Source: Takakia lepidozioides (taxonomy: Eukaryota > Plantae > Bryophyta). From it: 64,000 bases of DNA. A program made the position numbers and the translations under genes. Location: positions 41,416,001 through 41,480,000 of the forward strand of contig CM060731.1 in the NCBI GenBank assembly GCA_030704615.1, given 5' to 3'. The first letter of the stretch is position 1; the number at the start of each line of letters is the position of its first letter. The notes below the pieces were generated by a model. The model was not told the DNA's origin. It did not search any database and saw only the letters and a list, made by a program, of their open reading frames with translations. This document shows positions 24,523 to 36,595 of this stretch, in pieces.

Positions 24523-26450
24523 CTTGAAAGAGATGATGTTAGAACCGATTTGGTCACAGATTTGACCCTGCCAATCTTAACGTGTAGGAAAGGCTGCTGG
24601 CTTTGTCATGAGTCTCCTGTCTCTAAGTGTAGGTCCAGAAACAAAGAAGGAAATAACATTCATAACAGAGAAGAAGCTTATAATACTGAAAACCCTATGA
24701 TGTTGGTAGAAAGAATGGAAAACAGAAATGTAACTTCGGCCAATCGTCCTTTCATTGGTTGTTCTGCTTTGCCATTTGCGCCTCCTGCAGATGTGCATGT
24801 ATGGCCTCTGAAGGTAGGGAACCTTTGATTGTTGGGCATTTTTTCAGTTGGTGGATCCATTTACTGTAAGTGATCCATGGGAGCCGTCGATGGACCACAC
24901 GCCAAAGGCAGAAAAAAAAATCTACTGATGATGAGGAGCAGAGGAACCATTTTGAGCAATTCTTGCGAGATCGATTTAAACCCAGGTGCGGGATCTGCAC
25001 TCACTCCATTTTCCTTTCATGTGGTCTATAAGATTTTATGCAGTTTTGTGTGGTTGACAATTATGACTGCAGAGCTATCTTTGCTACAGTGCCAAACAAG
25101 AGATGTACAGGCACATAGTTGATGTGATCCGGATCACGAAATTTTTCCCCAACGTGATTGTTCATACAAATATCTCTCCCTCTCTTCAATTCGGGGCATT
25201 TGATTTTGTGGCCTCTGGGCCGGCCCGGGACCTACTTGCCTCTGCCCCCATGCCCCACCACAGATGCCGCGGGTCTCAGGTGGGCCTCAGGGTCCAGCTC
25301 GGGAGTCAAAAGAGTCAGCAGGTTTTGCCCCTGAGCTGATCAGCTGCAAGAGTGTTGTGAAAAAATTTCTGCAAGATATGTGAGAGGGGAGATTGCATAC
25401 ACAAGACATCATATTGATCCAACATTCTTGATGCTTTTGCTTAACCAGCTATGCAACGGGTCAGATAGCAAACAGCTGGCTTGCCCAAATGGATAGATTG
25501 AACTGCAAGGATGTGACCGAAGAGGAGGAGGCAAAACTGAAGCGGAAAATTCCACAGCATGTCCATCCATATTACATGTCGCTTGATAGTAAAAAGTCGG
25601 GCGTGGAGGTGAGCCTAGCATCCTGCAAATTCTTAACTAGTTTGGTTATGCATCTTGTGTTTGACATGAGAGAGAATAGAGGATGTGAGTACATCCATGG
25701 AGAGCCCAGAGAAGGCCCCAAAATGGTGAGGGGCAAGGGCGGAATGGGACTTCTTGTTGCTACTTACGAAGTTTATACTTCCACCTCAATTCTTGGAAGG
25801 ATTTATGACCTAGTGAAGGCAGAAGACAGCAACCTCAATCCTCCTACTCGTTAAATCTCCTTTCCTTCTTTGAACATGCATAAAGGAATTTAATAAACTT
25901 CTGCTGTAAATTTGCCTCGTCTTTTTTGCCAATGTCTGGAGAAAGAGAAATTAACACTTACTGAAAGTTCGTTACTGTACTCATCTGGGCATACTCCCAA
26001 CACCCATTTGCACACAGCTGGAAAACAAGGAGGTGAATGGGAAAAGAAGCGAGCATAATGGCATCACTAGTGTCATGGAAGGCTGGCCCCATAAGTAAGC
26101 CTCCACCTTTAAATGTTCTTGATTCTGGTTTTGCAGAGTTTCTGAACAAGCACTAAGACACACAGGAGAGGGGCAGGGAGACAGACGATTGATGAGATAT
26201 CCTTCATAGTGCAGGTTTAGAGTAATACTTATCCTCCCAGAGCTCAAAAGGCAGGATTTAGCCCTCTGGATGATAAAGGTTGACGCAGTGACCAGAGAGA
26301 CTGGGCAGGCCTGAGCTCTTCATTCTCGTTAAGACCATCCAGTCTCCAGCTGACTATAAGCCATGTAACCTTCTGGTCGTCTTCAAGTCTGAAAAGTTTT
26401 CTTCTGGACACAATGTGGGGATGTTAGTCATCACCTACCTTCACTCCAAT

Positions 26451-26654
26451 TCCTGTGGTGTTTGAGAGGAGGGAGAGAAAGAGGATTATTGTCACAAAGA
26501 CCATTGGGGATGATTGTCTAACCTACCTTCATCCCAATCCTTCAGCTTGTCACACTTCCTGTGGTGTTTGAGAGGAGGGAGAGAAAGAGGATTATTCTCG
26601 CAAAGACCATTGGGATGATTGCCTAACCTACCTTCATCCCAATCCTTCAGCTTG
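26451..26654. repeat. Tandem duplication of ~100 bp
   Basis: TCCTGTGGTGTTTGAGAGGAGGGAGAGAAAGAGGATTATT...CCTTCAGCTTG occurs at ~26451 and ~26557. Confidence 0.85.
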
Positions 26655-26709
26655 CAATTTTGCTAGTGTTATTGTGGAGGAGAAATGAAATGTATCTCTT
26701 CTCTTGTTT

Positions 26710-27217
26710 CAAGCTCCTTCCCTCAATCTCCCTAAGGCATTGGCAGGTTGAGGGTGGGCTCCCAGTCTGAGGATAGAGACTGGCAGGTGGGAAGACCTGC
26801 AACATGAAGACCGACTATGCCCTGCTTGTGTGGGGAAATACAGGGAAATTGAAGTGAAGAACATGTCCTCTTTCACTGGCCTTTGTACCATGAGATCCGT
26901 GGGAGATTCCACTGTCTACTCGGGGATACCCAGTCCCTCGCAGAGGTCTTCCATCACGAGGATCAGAAATGCTTTGCAGCTTACCTGCATGAAGCATTGA
27001 CTCTTAAACAATCCCTTGAGCTTCAGTTGCTCTTGAGTTGTTTGTGGCCCCCCTCTCTTTTTTGGTTTCCTCTCACATGTTTCTTCCATTTTGTCCCATG
27101 AGCTCCATGAGCTTTTCGCGGACGTTATAAAGCACCATTTCATGTCATTTCTTCCTCTTGTCCCATAAGCTCTTTGAGCTTCCTGTGGATGCTATAAAAT
27201 ACCATTTCATTTCATTT
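26710..27217 (+). mobile_element. 3' fragment of LINE family A with a duplicated terminus
   Basis: LRIETGRW-like and CCHC region; two successive ...TATAAA...ACCATTTCAT tails (~27140 and ~27205). Confidence 0.8.
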
Positions 27218-29617
27218 CTCCTCCACCGGTCGTTATAAGGTATCGTTTTATTGATCCACAGTAGTAGCATTGGACTAACTTCTCTACTTCACTAAATGTC
27301 TGTTGCTTTACAGCTGTATAACTTGTCAGCATGACGCCTTTTACTAGATCAGCTACTACTCACTGCGGACGCTAGTGGATGAACCAATGTTCAGTGGAAG
27401 GCTAGATAATTATAGAGGATGGCTAGATAATTAATATGGCATGTTATGTGTGTGTTAGCAGGGGAGATAATACTGGAAATGAAGTTTATGTGTCCCGGAT
27501 TTGGGCAGTACTGCAACGAATGGGAGCAGCATTTCAAGGAGTACAGGATGTGGATGGCAGCGAATATCAATGATACATCTTTGGACAAAGAGAGAAGAAA
27601 TACCCAGTCCGAGTCAATGTATACAAAGTACCGACAGGTACTTCAAAGCTCTTACAGCATGTTACAGTCAACCTGCAAATGATGATGGTGTTTCTCAATG
27701 ACTTAGCATATGCCCACAGTTAGCAGAATTATAAATTGCCCAGAGAACTCCACACCTTGATCTCACAAATGCTAATGTTCAACGCGAAAATCTGGAGTGT
27801 AGACCATCTTGGCTCTCTGGTATGGTTCTGGGTGGCACCCAACCAGCACTACCAGCATTATTTGTTTTCCCACTCCACCTTCACGAGTTGTTGCTCCTTG
27901 TACAATCTTGCGTTTCATAACCATTCTTCCCAACATACCAGTCTAGATCAATATCATGCTTCGCTATGTGCATGGAATTAGCTTTCTGTTGCTGTTCTTG
28001 TTTGTCATGCTACACGGTTTTTGCGGTTCATCCAATCTTGGACAGACCTGAAGTGAATCTGATTTCTATCCTCTAAAACGGAGCCATTAAGATGTTTTTG
28101 GAAGGTGTTTGGTCCAGACTAAACATAATGAGATTCCATGTGGGTTGTGAAGTTGCTCTATGCCGGAGCACTCAAGATGAAGGGCCGGCAATTATTGACT
28201 GAGACAATCTTTCAGAGGGCTACGGCCATTCATAGCGTGGTGTATAGCCATTATAACTACAAAATACGTGAAAGACCAGATCCTATGTCAAGAGGATGGT
28301 TCCCCCCAAGCCTTTGCTTTGCTTGGAAGGTGGCTGGAATCGTGCTTTGTGAGATGTGTGGAGAAGATGATGATATCCGTATAAGCCCGTTGGTATACAG
28401 AGAAATGTTTCTAGGAAAGGAAACGAGTCTGGAGGGGAATTACTCGTAGTCGATGTCAGGATAAGGACAATAGAGTGAAAAGAACACCATAGGAGGGGGA
28501 AAGTATCTAGACTTTCTTGCAGTAAATTATGTTTACCTTTGGTGTGCACTTGACCAATGACCACAGTCCAAATGTTTCACTTCCCCTCTGATCCAGAAAA
28601 CTTCCAGGTTGATTGGCAATACTGAGTGCTGAGTACTTGCAGAGGTGCAGTATGTGCACCATAATGTAATTTATTCAGGATTGGTACTAAGGTGCCAATG
28701 ACATTTTCTCAATGTTTAATGTGCTTTGGGCTGCTTGGGCTGCTTTGTCTGATGACTTTTTCGTGGGGTTTTTGGAGCTTGACTAGTGAACTGCCTGGTG
28801 GACCTCTGTTATTTACATTTATCACCTTCCACAAGTGATTTGTAGTCTTTGCTTTGTTGTGTGTTGCATATCCTGCAGCTTTAAGAGTTGGAGTCAATGG
28901 GATGGTTCTCTTTCAACTGTTCCAAAAGTTTTCATAGCAGTCCAAAACTGGATGCCTGCATGTGAAAGTAGACTTCACACACGATTTCATACTAAGAAAA
29001 CTGTAATTCTGTCTGGAGTCATTCTCAGGATGTGCACATACACCTATGCTTTCAGATTGTTTTTGGGCAAGTTCTTTGGGGTACCTCCTTTGTAGTGATC
29101 TTAGGAGTGGCCCTTGTCTTCTGGCATGTTGCACCCTTTCCATATTAACCCCTAAACACCTAAGAGGCCATCCAATGGCCTCATGGTTTCACTTCAACAC
29201 AAAGTTCTCAATGGATACTCAACCGCATCCAAAGCTGCTATATGCAGCATCTGCATGAAGAGCTGCTCTACCAGAGATATCTACTCCGATGCAAACGGTG
29301 TGGCAGGTGAGAGAGATGAGCATGAGAAGGGTAAAGTGGATTGGGGTTTCTTGCATGGAATGGGGTGGCCCATTGTATCATTGTTGTTAGAAAACAATGG
29401 GTCGGTGAAAACCCCATCTGAAGGGGATTACATGGATGGAATCAATCAAAAATATGTGAGGACCTTCTTGACTTGATTGAAAACATTGGGACCATTTCGA
29501 TTCTCAAACAACAAAACCAATCTTTTCTTAAAATAAGAAAGGTGGCAAAGTGCTGAAAATGCTCCCCTCCATACTATCAGGACAACAGAGCGTGAGTGCG
29601 TGAGGTGGTGCAGGACG

Positions 29618-32600
29618 ATGGCGATGGTGGGCGAGGCTGCCCGATCCGCTTCCCGTCTTCTTCTATCTTGTCTTCGGAGCTCGCCTAGCCAGATTGGTGC
29701 TGGTAATGGAACTATCCAGCGTTTTGGGTCAATTGGCTGTCGGATGAGTAGCAGAGACGGATTCGTGGTAGGGCATATTCATTCTGAGATAAGAGACATA
29801 GATGTTTCCTTTCCTTTGAATATAGTTAATCGCTGATCCGTTGTAGGGATATAAAGTTCCCATTTGCTGCGAGATATCATCTCTTGCAAATGGAATCTCC
29901 GCAGGTTTCTACCCTATCATCCAGATCTGACTTAAGAAACATAGCTGTGTCATTCCCACTTGATCGAGGTAGTGAAAGGTCCTTAGACGGTCGGGAGGTC
30001 GTCTGTTGCAACAAATTATTCCGTGCAAGACGAGTCTTCGTTAGTTTAGAACTAATCTAGATTACTCTAAGTTCTCATTCTGTACGCACGGGAAGAGATA
30101 GATGATGCGCTCATCATACATGGATGCAGTATCCTTTGCATGCCCTTGGCTTGTCGCCTTAGTCGACCCAGGGTGGGGAGCTCTTAAACTCAGCTTAGAG
30201 AGAAAAGGCCCTCCACTTTGTAGACTGGTCTGGTATTTAATACCAGTACTTTATACCAGTCCTTCACTATATACCAGACCAACACTAGTGTTGTTCTGGT
30301 ATCAGGTTTAGGACATACAAGACTGGTCCTGGTACCAGACGTATCACAAAACTTTCGTACCGGGGGGATTGCGAGGAAATGAAAAGGTTTTCTGGCGAGG
30401 ACATGCCTCTGCTCACCAACCTCAGACGACTGCGCCAGCCTCAGCCTGGTGAGCCGATTGTGTGGTAATCCAATGCCTCTACTTCTAAAACTAGACTGCA
30501 GGGTGCTATGCAAATTAGTGTAGTACGGACACACTCCATCCTTCACCTATCTGGGAGACAGACTGGGGTGCTCCAATCCATTTGGAACCTGAAGTGCTGT
30601 TCGATGATGAGAACTGGCCAGTACATGACATGAGCATTCACTTGTGGCATCTCAGCATATCTGTCAAGCTGGAAGTGGGGCAGTTAACCCTTAAGCCCTC
30701 AACTGTAGGATCCTCTAGTGGAAGCTGATTTGGTGCTCAACAGGAGCCCCACACCTGCCCACAATTAGCAGGTTCTCTTGATCCCTTCAAACTTGTTCCA
30801 TGGGGTTGCAAAGTTCTCAACTTGAAAGACAAGATCTGTTACTCTGCCACCTTCGTGAAATGCTCCAGCCATGGTTTATCTGTTTTTGTTCCATCCACGT
30901 ATGGCAAACCATTGTCTAGCATTACTTGACTGCTGTTTACTTTGTCATTGACCAGTCTTCATAGAAATTACAGTGAACTTCCCCAGGCAGCTGCCAATAA
31001 GTGTCTCCAACATCCACACTATCTATATTGTATATGAGTATGGTTATGATCAATTATCACTATATGGGTAATGTCAGAAGCTATTGCGCTCAGTCATGGC
31101 TTTTCAATATGGGATACACTGTGGCAACACCCAATGAAAGGACAGTTCTGACTTCGTGCTGGGAAGTTTGTTACTGTCTTTCTTATGCGTCTGGTACATT
31201 GGTTCTGTCAACTAGATCACAGTTTTTACCATCTATTCTGTTGATGAATCCAGGTAATTCATTGACTGCCAATGTAATGGTCAGTAGTCTAACAAAATGC
31301 AATTGTAGAACATCTGCTGTTCTCAAACATTCTTTGAACTGAAAGACAGCAGCACATATGCTGACGTGGTAGTTTGCCACATGCTGAATTAGTTGTCACA
31401 TGATCAGGAAAACAGTTTTTGTTTTCAATCAAAATCCATTCACTCGACCCTCATCATGGATCATCTGCCTAGATACTATATCCATTGCTGTTTGATCTCC
31501 TCTTGAAAGCTATCATGGTGATTCTATTAGGCTTTTAGCAAATGGAATTGGCAGGGAAGCCTTACGAATGGACTGAAGGAAAAGTTTATTGAGGGTGACT
31601 AAAGTTGCATGGATATGAGCTGAATATTGAATGCTTGTGTGGTGCTTGGGTATGTAGTTCTGCATTCATGGCTCAAGTGTAGATTTGTAAATTTGATCAG
31701 CTTTGGAAGTTACTTTCTACTGAGGATGATTACGTTGTCGGGATTGGGATCTAAACGGGAACATTGATGATGTATACTGATGATCAAATTCTTAATTTAA
31801 GACAGATTCCCCTAGGTTAAATTTAATACTCCACTAGTGTGGAAATCTGGATGAAGTTCCAGCTGACAAAGTGAACAGCTGTTTCTTTCCATGTATAGAG
31901 TTACGATGTATCTTCAAGTCGCTGGGACTTCTAAACACTAGTGAGGATTGGCCTTGGACCTAGATCACTTACATCACCTGGATTTCTTCACATTGAGAGG
32001 GTCAGCTATCTGGTTAGTGGTCTGCTTAACTTGGGAGCAATTCCCGTTAGTACACAAGAAGGTTCTTTGGACCCCTGTGTTCGACGGAACCCTGGTTATC
32101 ATAAGAAAATCTACCTGTTGGTGCTTCTCCTTGCCGCTCAGCTAATGATCGCAGAGAATCTCTGGTCAGGAATATGACCTGCTCTTCAAATTTTTGTAGG
32201 CTGGATAGGTAGATTCCTTTGACCAGAACATTGAACCAGTGTGGTATCCGACTTCTAACCTACTGACAGTCGGTATCACTGTAACTTATGTGTTGTTTAA
32301 TTCTGTAAATTCTGTACCGAATTTCCAGGAAAGTGTCAATGATCTTTATTCAAGAAGTTTGGTTTAGTTAGGTGGTTGGGTAGCTTTGTACAGCTGGAGT
32401 GGTTGGAAGAGTTTTCCCAGGTACTTTTTTCTCCCATTTCAGTAATGAATTAAAGCCCATAATGCGATGGACGGAAAGCCTGTAAGGTAGACATGTGCAG
32501 AACAAAAAAAGGTGAAGACTCCAAAGCTCAGAGTCAGAACAGTCTCCAAATCTGATTTGTCACGGACATCCAAATATTATTGTAGGTTCCTGTACTAACT

Positions 32601-32992
32601 GTCACGAGGCAAACCCGGGCTCTTAACTAAAAGTGTGAATGCAGGACTGACATGCAGAACTTGCTCTTGAGAACACCCAACCCTTGTATAAGAGACAATG
32701 TGCTAGTGGTTGCTCAAGTTCTGTCAAGTGTTAACAGTCCTGATAGTTTTGGCTTATATTCATGAAAACCAAACAAGAACTTGTTATTGCAGGAACACGC
32801 CAGTTCCATGTGACAGGACCAAAGCGCTACAGTGATGACTATATTCATGCAGACCACATGTATAACATCCCCGGGATGAAGCACCGCAAGCTGAAAATGT
32901 TTGTGGGTACTTTCGGTGCTTTGGCAATTGGGACAATGGTACCTATCTGGGCTGTTCAGTATCAGATGAAGAAGCAAGGAGGGGGATTATGA
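29618..32992 (+). CDS. COX7c: Small mitochondrial membrane protein, plant cytochrome c oxidase subunit 7c-like; exons 29618-29702 and 32793-32992
   Basis: A phase-1 GT-AG join gives MAMVGEAARSASRLLLSCLRSSPSQIGAGTRQFHVTGPKRYSDDYIHADHMYNIPGMKHRKLKMFVGTFGALAIGTMVPIWAVQYQMKKQGGGL: a mitochondrial presequence, an HAxHMYN motif and one TM helix. The gene structure is read directly; the family name is from recall. Confidence 0.75.
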
Positions 32993-34139
32993 AGTGAATC
33001 TATCAACAGTGATGATCATTTCTGACTTCAAAATGGGATTGGTGTGTATTGCACGGCTACACAAAGTAGTACAATCCAAAATCAATACTCTTGTAAGGGT
33101 TCTCAAGGGATTTCTTAACTGTTGCTACACACCCTGGTACTCTTGGGGTTTTTTTTATCATGGGAGATGCTGGTGGTGGGTACCAGTTGTGGAATAATGG
33201 GTTTTTTTCGTGCCGAATTTGTTGGCTAGACAGTATAGTGTCCTGAACCTCAGTAAGGAGGGTTCGTGACACATTTTTAAACCAAGTTCAGGCTCAACAT
33301 TACTCTTTCAGCTTTTGCAAGTTTTTGCTTAAGCTTTTGTTTGCGTTCTCTTTTCTCTCAGAGCAATCTTGCAAAGAAGTTTATCGGAAGCCAATATCAG
33401 AGGCAATTAGTATACAAGAGCTGGGAAGAAACAGAAACAGGGTTGGGTTGTGATACAAAGACTAAAATGGGGCCTCAAGCCCATTAATGTTGCACAGAGC
33501 TAATGCAAGGATCAATGCTCTCTCACAACATTGTCGACCCACGATTTGAACCCAGGACCAACACAGCATGAGCCCTCGAATGAGACCCTGGGATCGAAGC
33601 CTGAATCCCACATCTTCTAGTTTAGTTTTAGTCTACGAAAGGAATTTAATAACGGTCACTGCTCGTCGGAACGTTCCAACTTCCAGCACACATGGAAACT
33701 AAAATGCGAGGCGGGACCATTTGAATTCAAATTTAAGATCGACGGCGGCGGAATAACCATCGAGGAGATCGACGGCGGATAAGGAGTAGCTGTTGGCGTG
33801 AAGGTGCAGAGAGGCAGGTGAGTGGTACGTATAAGAGTTTGTAGAGTTTGTTGTTTGTTTGATCTCGTCTCTGCCGAGTTCTGGTTTCTGTGAAGATCGG
33901 AGGCTTTCTTGGTTGCTCCAGTCTGTGGGCGTCTTGTGGTTATGGCTCTTTGTCAAGTTTCACAATAGTCGCTAGGAATTCGTGCAATTCTCAGACAGGA
34001 GTGGCGAGAGACTTGTACAAGGTTGTAGTGCTCAAAAGATTGGGCTGGGGTTGTACTGGGAAGTTTCAGAAGCACGGAGACATGATTGAAAAAGACGCTA
34101 TTCCAAACCAGACTGTGAGGGCTACCATGTAATGGACGA

Positions 34140-35300
34140 GGCCAATGCAGCTGTTGAGAGGGTGTGCCCGGAGTTGTTTCCTGTGCCGATATCATCGCAC
34201 TTGCCACTCTAGAAGCCGTTTCCCAGGTATGCACTGGCTTAGTTTTAAGATACAGGCCTTTGATTGATAGTCCTCCGTATCTTTGTTTCAAGAGTTTTTC
34301 AATGACGTTGCTGACGTTGTGCCAAATTTCAGACGGATATTCTGAATCCAGACATTGTCCTTGAACAATGACAATATTATTTCCAATTGCCATTCCAGTG
34401 ACGAGATTTAAGCAGGATCATGGAACCGCGTTAAAATTGGGTACATACATGGAAGTATGTGGAGGTTAGACTGAAAGGGGGGAATAACTAGATCTAGCAT
34501 GTGAATTTCATGCTGGCATATGCCAACAGAGATGGGCGTACATCACTAGCCAGTCTCGTCAACCTTCCGGCCTCAGATGACACCGTGGAAGAGGTTACTG
34601 AAATTTTCCTCTATTGGGATTTCTCTGGAAGAATGGGTGACTCTGATCGGTATGTAATGTACCAGAAAATATGGATCCCGCAAGCTTTGGTTTCCTTGGA
34701 GCAAGTATCGTAACCATGTTAGACAGTGCATTGCTGTTCGCTCAGTCACGAGATCTGCAACTTGGATACTCGTTGAACTCATGTGCTGTGTTAGAAGTCA
34801 ATTTGGTCTGGTCTTCCACGGGATTATGAAATTCGTATGAGAATTGCAAAACTGATGTACGTTTGATGTTTTGTCCGCAGGTGCTCACAGTTGGGGTGGC
34901 CCACTGCTCCTCTTTCGTCCACAGGCTCTACAACTTCAAGGGTACCGGTCGGCCAGATCCCGCCATGAATCCCCAGCTCGCAGCATCGCTCCGCAGAGTG
35001 TGCCCATTGTGGACCACAGCCACTGATGCAGCGGCGTCGCTCGACCTAGGACCTACGGGAAACACCTTCGACACGAGCTACTACCTTCAGTTACTGCAGG
35101 GCAAGGGCATTATGCAAATCGATCAAGAGATCGCCCACCCCCCAAAATGCTGGATTTGTGAGCACTTATGCAGGCCTCAACCCATTAGGGTTAGGAAAGG
35201 AGATTTTTGAATTTAGCTTTCGAGCGATGCCATGCTTAAGCTCGGGAATTCCAGAGTTTTGACCGGCTCCCTGGGAGCACCACTGTAGGGTCCGTAATTG
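34140..35300 (+). pseudogene. Class III secretory peroxidase fragment
   Basis: CPGVVSCADIIALA, RDGRTS..NLP, VGVAHCSSFVHRLYNF..DPAMN and FDTSYY. The first exon (RLHFHDC) is not recognisable and indels are present. Confidence 0.85.
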
Positions 35301-36230
35301 ATTTCTTCAAGAACTCGTTCTTTGAAAGAACAGCAGTAACTGAACTCAGCAAGTTTGCGAGCTCGTTCTTTCAAAGCAACAGCAGAACTGTACGTGTACA
35401 TTTAGCAGCTCTTGAGCATGTGTATATATGTTCCCGCTCTGTAACGCCAATATTACTGTACAGTAGACTTTTCAGGGAGAGACGTTGAGGGACTGAACCT
35501 CATGTACATGGAGGATGTGGTTGGGCTCCGTGCATAGGCCGTTCTTTATATTCGGTGAGAAACCCGGAAGGGATGGACCGGTGGCTCAAAGGCACTAGCT
35601 ATGGAAGTTGTGAGAAACCACAGTTACTGTCATCTGTAATATAAACTACCCAAAGCTGTATCTCATTGATTCTTTGGTACATCTCTCCCTGTATGTTTGC
35701 AGTGATCTCCTTTGCATAGATCCCTGCTCAGTTTGAGTCTCTCGGTATATCTCTGCAGGTTTGTAATTATATGTTGTCCCTGCATGTTACACTGCTACTC
35801 AATTGTGGTTTCTTTAGCCTCTCCGTTTCTGGAAAACTGGGTGAGCATTCTATCCTTCTCTTGGGACAGTAGACTAGTCCTTCAGTGTGTTGAATCAATT
35901 GCATGGCCTGTTAAACCACCACACTGCAAGTTCTGGCTAAACCTAATATATTTTAGCCAAAAAATCACATTATTTTTAGCCTGAAGGGGAAGAAGAGTTA
36001 AATCTCAAAGGGTGCCATACGGCCTCAACAGTCAACCATGACCAAGAAGAAAAACCCTAAATGCAGCGCCCTCATTCTGGCCAGCCCTCTTGGGCCTCTG
36101 GCCTTGAAAAAGTACTGAGAAAACTGTTCATACACCTTTACATTTCACCCTCCAAAGGGTGGGGGGCCCTTCACTAACAAGGGTGACCCATTGATTTATG
36201 TCAAGATATCAAGCAGGGGCAGTGCAAAAA

Positions 36231-36595
36231 GGCCTCTCATTTTTGAATAATTGGGAGTTTATGTCACGCGTGTGAGACAGGGCGCGCACGGACGCGGGGT
36301 CGCCCTCCCCTGCCCCGCCCACCCCCAGCTGCCAGCCGCGCAGCGCGGTCGGCAGCCCCGCAGCTGCCCGTAGCCCTGCCCGCCCCCGGACCGCGGCCCC
36401 CGCCCGCCCTCGCCGCTGGGTCCGCCCGCCATCGGTCCCCAGTGGGTCTGCCCTTGCTGGGGTCTGCCCTTGCGGTCTGCGCAGTCTGCCGCCAAGCAGC
36501 CCGATCCGGCAAACCCAAACGCACCCCATATGATGTGCCGCCCATCTCACCGTGATGTCGCGCTGCTATCGTAGCCGCCCGGATTTAGGGCATGG
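36231..36595 (+). repeat. Left TIR of the MULE
   Basis: CTCTCATTTTTGAATAATTGGGAGTTTATGTCACGCGTGTG...CCGGATTTAGGGCATG has an inverted partner at 48345-48675. Confidence 0.93.

Larger units (their letters stand above)
17095..28449 (+). pseudogene. RDR3/4/5: RNA-dependent RNA polymerase, gamma clade (RDR3/4/5-like); 5'-truncated and probably non-functional
   Basis: Exons at ~17095-17181 (RLQLALSQTV), 17551-17697 (HTDGCGYIS), 17842-17919 (KGVLLVN), 18940-19043 (IQVRPSM), 19552-19701, 20409-20635 (YLMGCADPSG), ~21621-21843 (PGIHPGDI...SDLDGDLYW), ~24848-24985, ~25450-25608, ~25770-25849 (STSILGRIYD), 27462-27637 and 28153-28449 (FAWKVAG). The N-terminal exons are absent, there is a frameshift at ~21660, and one exon is partly replaced. 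Confidence 0.9.

Noticed and set aside
30160-30400. TATACCAG/CTGGTAT-rich patch in the COX7c intron, possibly a MITE
   Set aside because: No clear TIR pair or TSD could be delimited.
33530-33620. tRNA or SINE-like B-box (GATTTGAACCC)
   Set aside because: No cloverleaf, A-box or TSD can be supported.
35440-35681. Possible solo LTR (TGTAAC...GGTACA)
   Set aside because: The flanks CGCTC and TCTCT do not form a TSD, and there is no second copy or PBS in the window.
36209-36550. Gly/Arg-rich ORFs here and at 48261-48908
   Set aside because: By-products of the GC-rich TIRs.
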